A DNA stretch of 62,927 nt, counting the filler, from Chiloscyllium plagiosum (lineage: Eukaryota): assembly GCF_004010195.1 (NCBI RefSeq). It is 5 parts of one record of this genome, joined end to end, with 100 filler letters (N's around TTAATTAATTAA, not from the genome) between each part and the next. Parts side by side here need not be neighbours in the genome. Positions count along the whole stretch, not along the records: positions 60,166 to 62,927 come from NC_057712.1; 4 more parts are not named here. The stretch is one strand, 5' to 3'. Below the pieces are notes generated by a model that made no database searches, had not been told where the DNA came from, and was given only the letters and a program-made list of their open reading frames with translations. The position numbers and the translations under genes were made by a program. Position 1 is the first letter of the stretch. Every line of letters begins with the position of its first letter. Positions 62,066 through 62,927 of the stretch are shown here, in pieces.

Positions 62066-62255
62066 AGGCAAAAGTGAGGACTGCAGATGCTGCAAACCCG
62101 ACTTTAGATCAGAGTGATGCTGGAAAAGCACAGCAGGTCAGGCTGCATCCGAGGAGCAGGAGAGTCGACGTTTCTGTTGCCAGTCATGCTCCGCTGCACA
62201 AACAATTTTCGTTTTTGGCTCAGATTTCCAGCACCTGCAGCTATTTGTTTTATGT
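62066..62255. mobile_element. Penelope terminal-repeat fragments
   Basis: Minus-orientation tail and repeat truncated at gacgtttc; a plus-orientation tail-like piece (ttccagcacctgcag) follows. Confidence 0.7.
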
Positions 62256-62927
62256 TAACCTTCATAATGTTTTGGACAAAACCAATGACCTGCCAGCATC
62301 GGAAAATCGGCAGAAGTACTGGTACACCGATATGTTTGCTGAACAATACAACAATTCCATGAGCGGGAATACGATCCGGGCCACGGTGCTGAGAATACCG
62401 AATCCTCACAAGTAAATAACAAGACAAGGCGATAGATACTATCGTATTTGGTGTAAATAAAACACCCTGTCTGAACATTTTCGTTGCAGATTTTTTTCAA
62501 ATTGTCTTCGAAGATTTACAAAGTGGGAAAAGGCCATTCCGCCCGTATGCATTGCGGCTAATCAGAGAGCCATGTATTCCAGTCGCAGTTTCGAACTTTG
62601 GCCCAAAGCCTCGTGTGTTCTAATGTTTCCAGGTCAAATGTCAATGAGGTTATCCTATGTTCTTACATTGCACAATAATGGGACAGAAGTATAACGAATT
62701 GTAACTCATGCTCAACTCATGCTCATTTTCACCCACAGAGGGAGACACACCAGAAGATACCGCCAAACTGACGGAGGTGTCCGTTGTCGAGAGCTGGAAT
62801 TTCAAATGGACAATAGGACAAATGCAAGCTTCACATGCGGAAGCACAGAGGCGATGTCCCGAGAGAACTTTACAGGGGAGCGTCAACGTATACCACCGTT
62901 AAAGCGAAACATCCCCCCTCGAGCCAG

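Noticed and set aside
62708..62902. Possible exon after ttttcacccacag
   Set aside because: No recognisable protein similarity and no clear donor before the window ends.

Overview
Eukaryotic, repeat-rich DNA. The HE1/V-SINE, CR1 and Penelope families point to a cartilaginous fish (shark); this is inference. The window is five contigs joined by artificial 100-bp spacers (N44-TTAATTAATTAA-N44 at 23879, 49063, 53435, 60066), plus a 309-N gap at 39745. Host genes: three consecutive C-terminal exons of serum response factor (SRF; + strand; 28472-28618, 30375-30572, 37557-37633), two exons of an axonemal dynein heavy chain most like DNAH8 (- strand; 55945-56137, 50101-50254) and a decayed tRNA-Ser(AGA). 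The rest is mostly transposons: a degenerate Gmr1-type Ty3/Gypsy element with the unusual PR-INT-RT-RH order, many CR1 fragments, an L1, a Tx1, an L2/CR1-group LINE, SINEs and several large minisatellites. The most striking signal is a set of tiny, TSD-flanked Penelope-like insertions carrying minimal hammerhead ribozymes. Several are fold-back palindromes (arms up to 210 bp) holding a ribozyme and its exact antisense, with an unpaired tail of 36-37 nt in three insertions from two sequence-unrelated families. All calls are by eye; no searches or folding programs were run.
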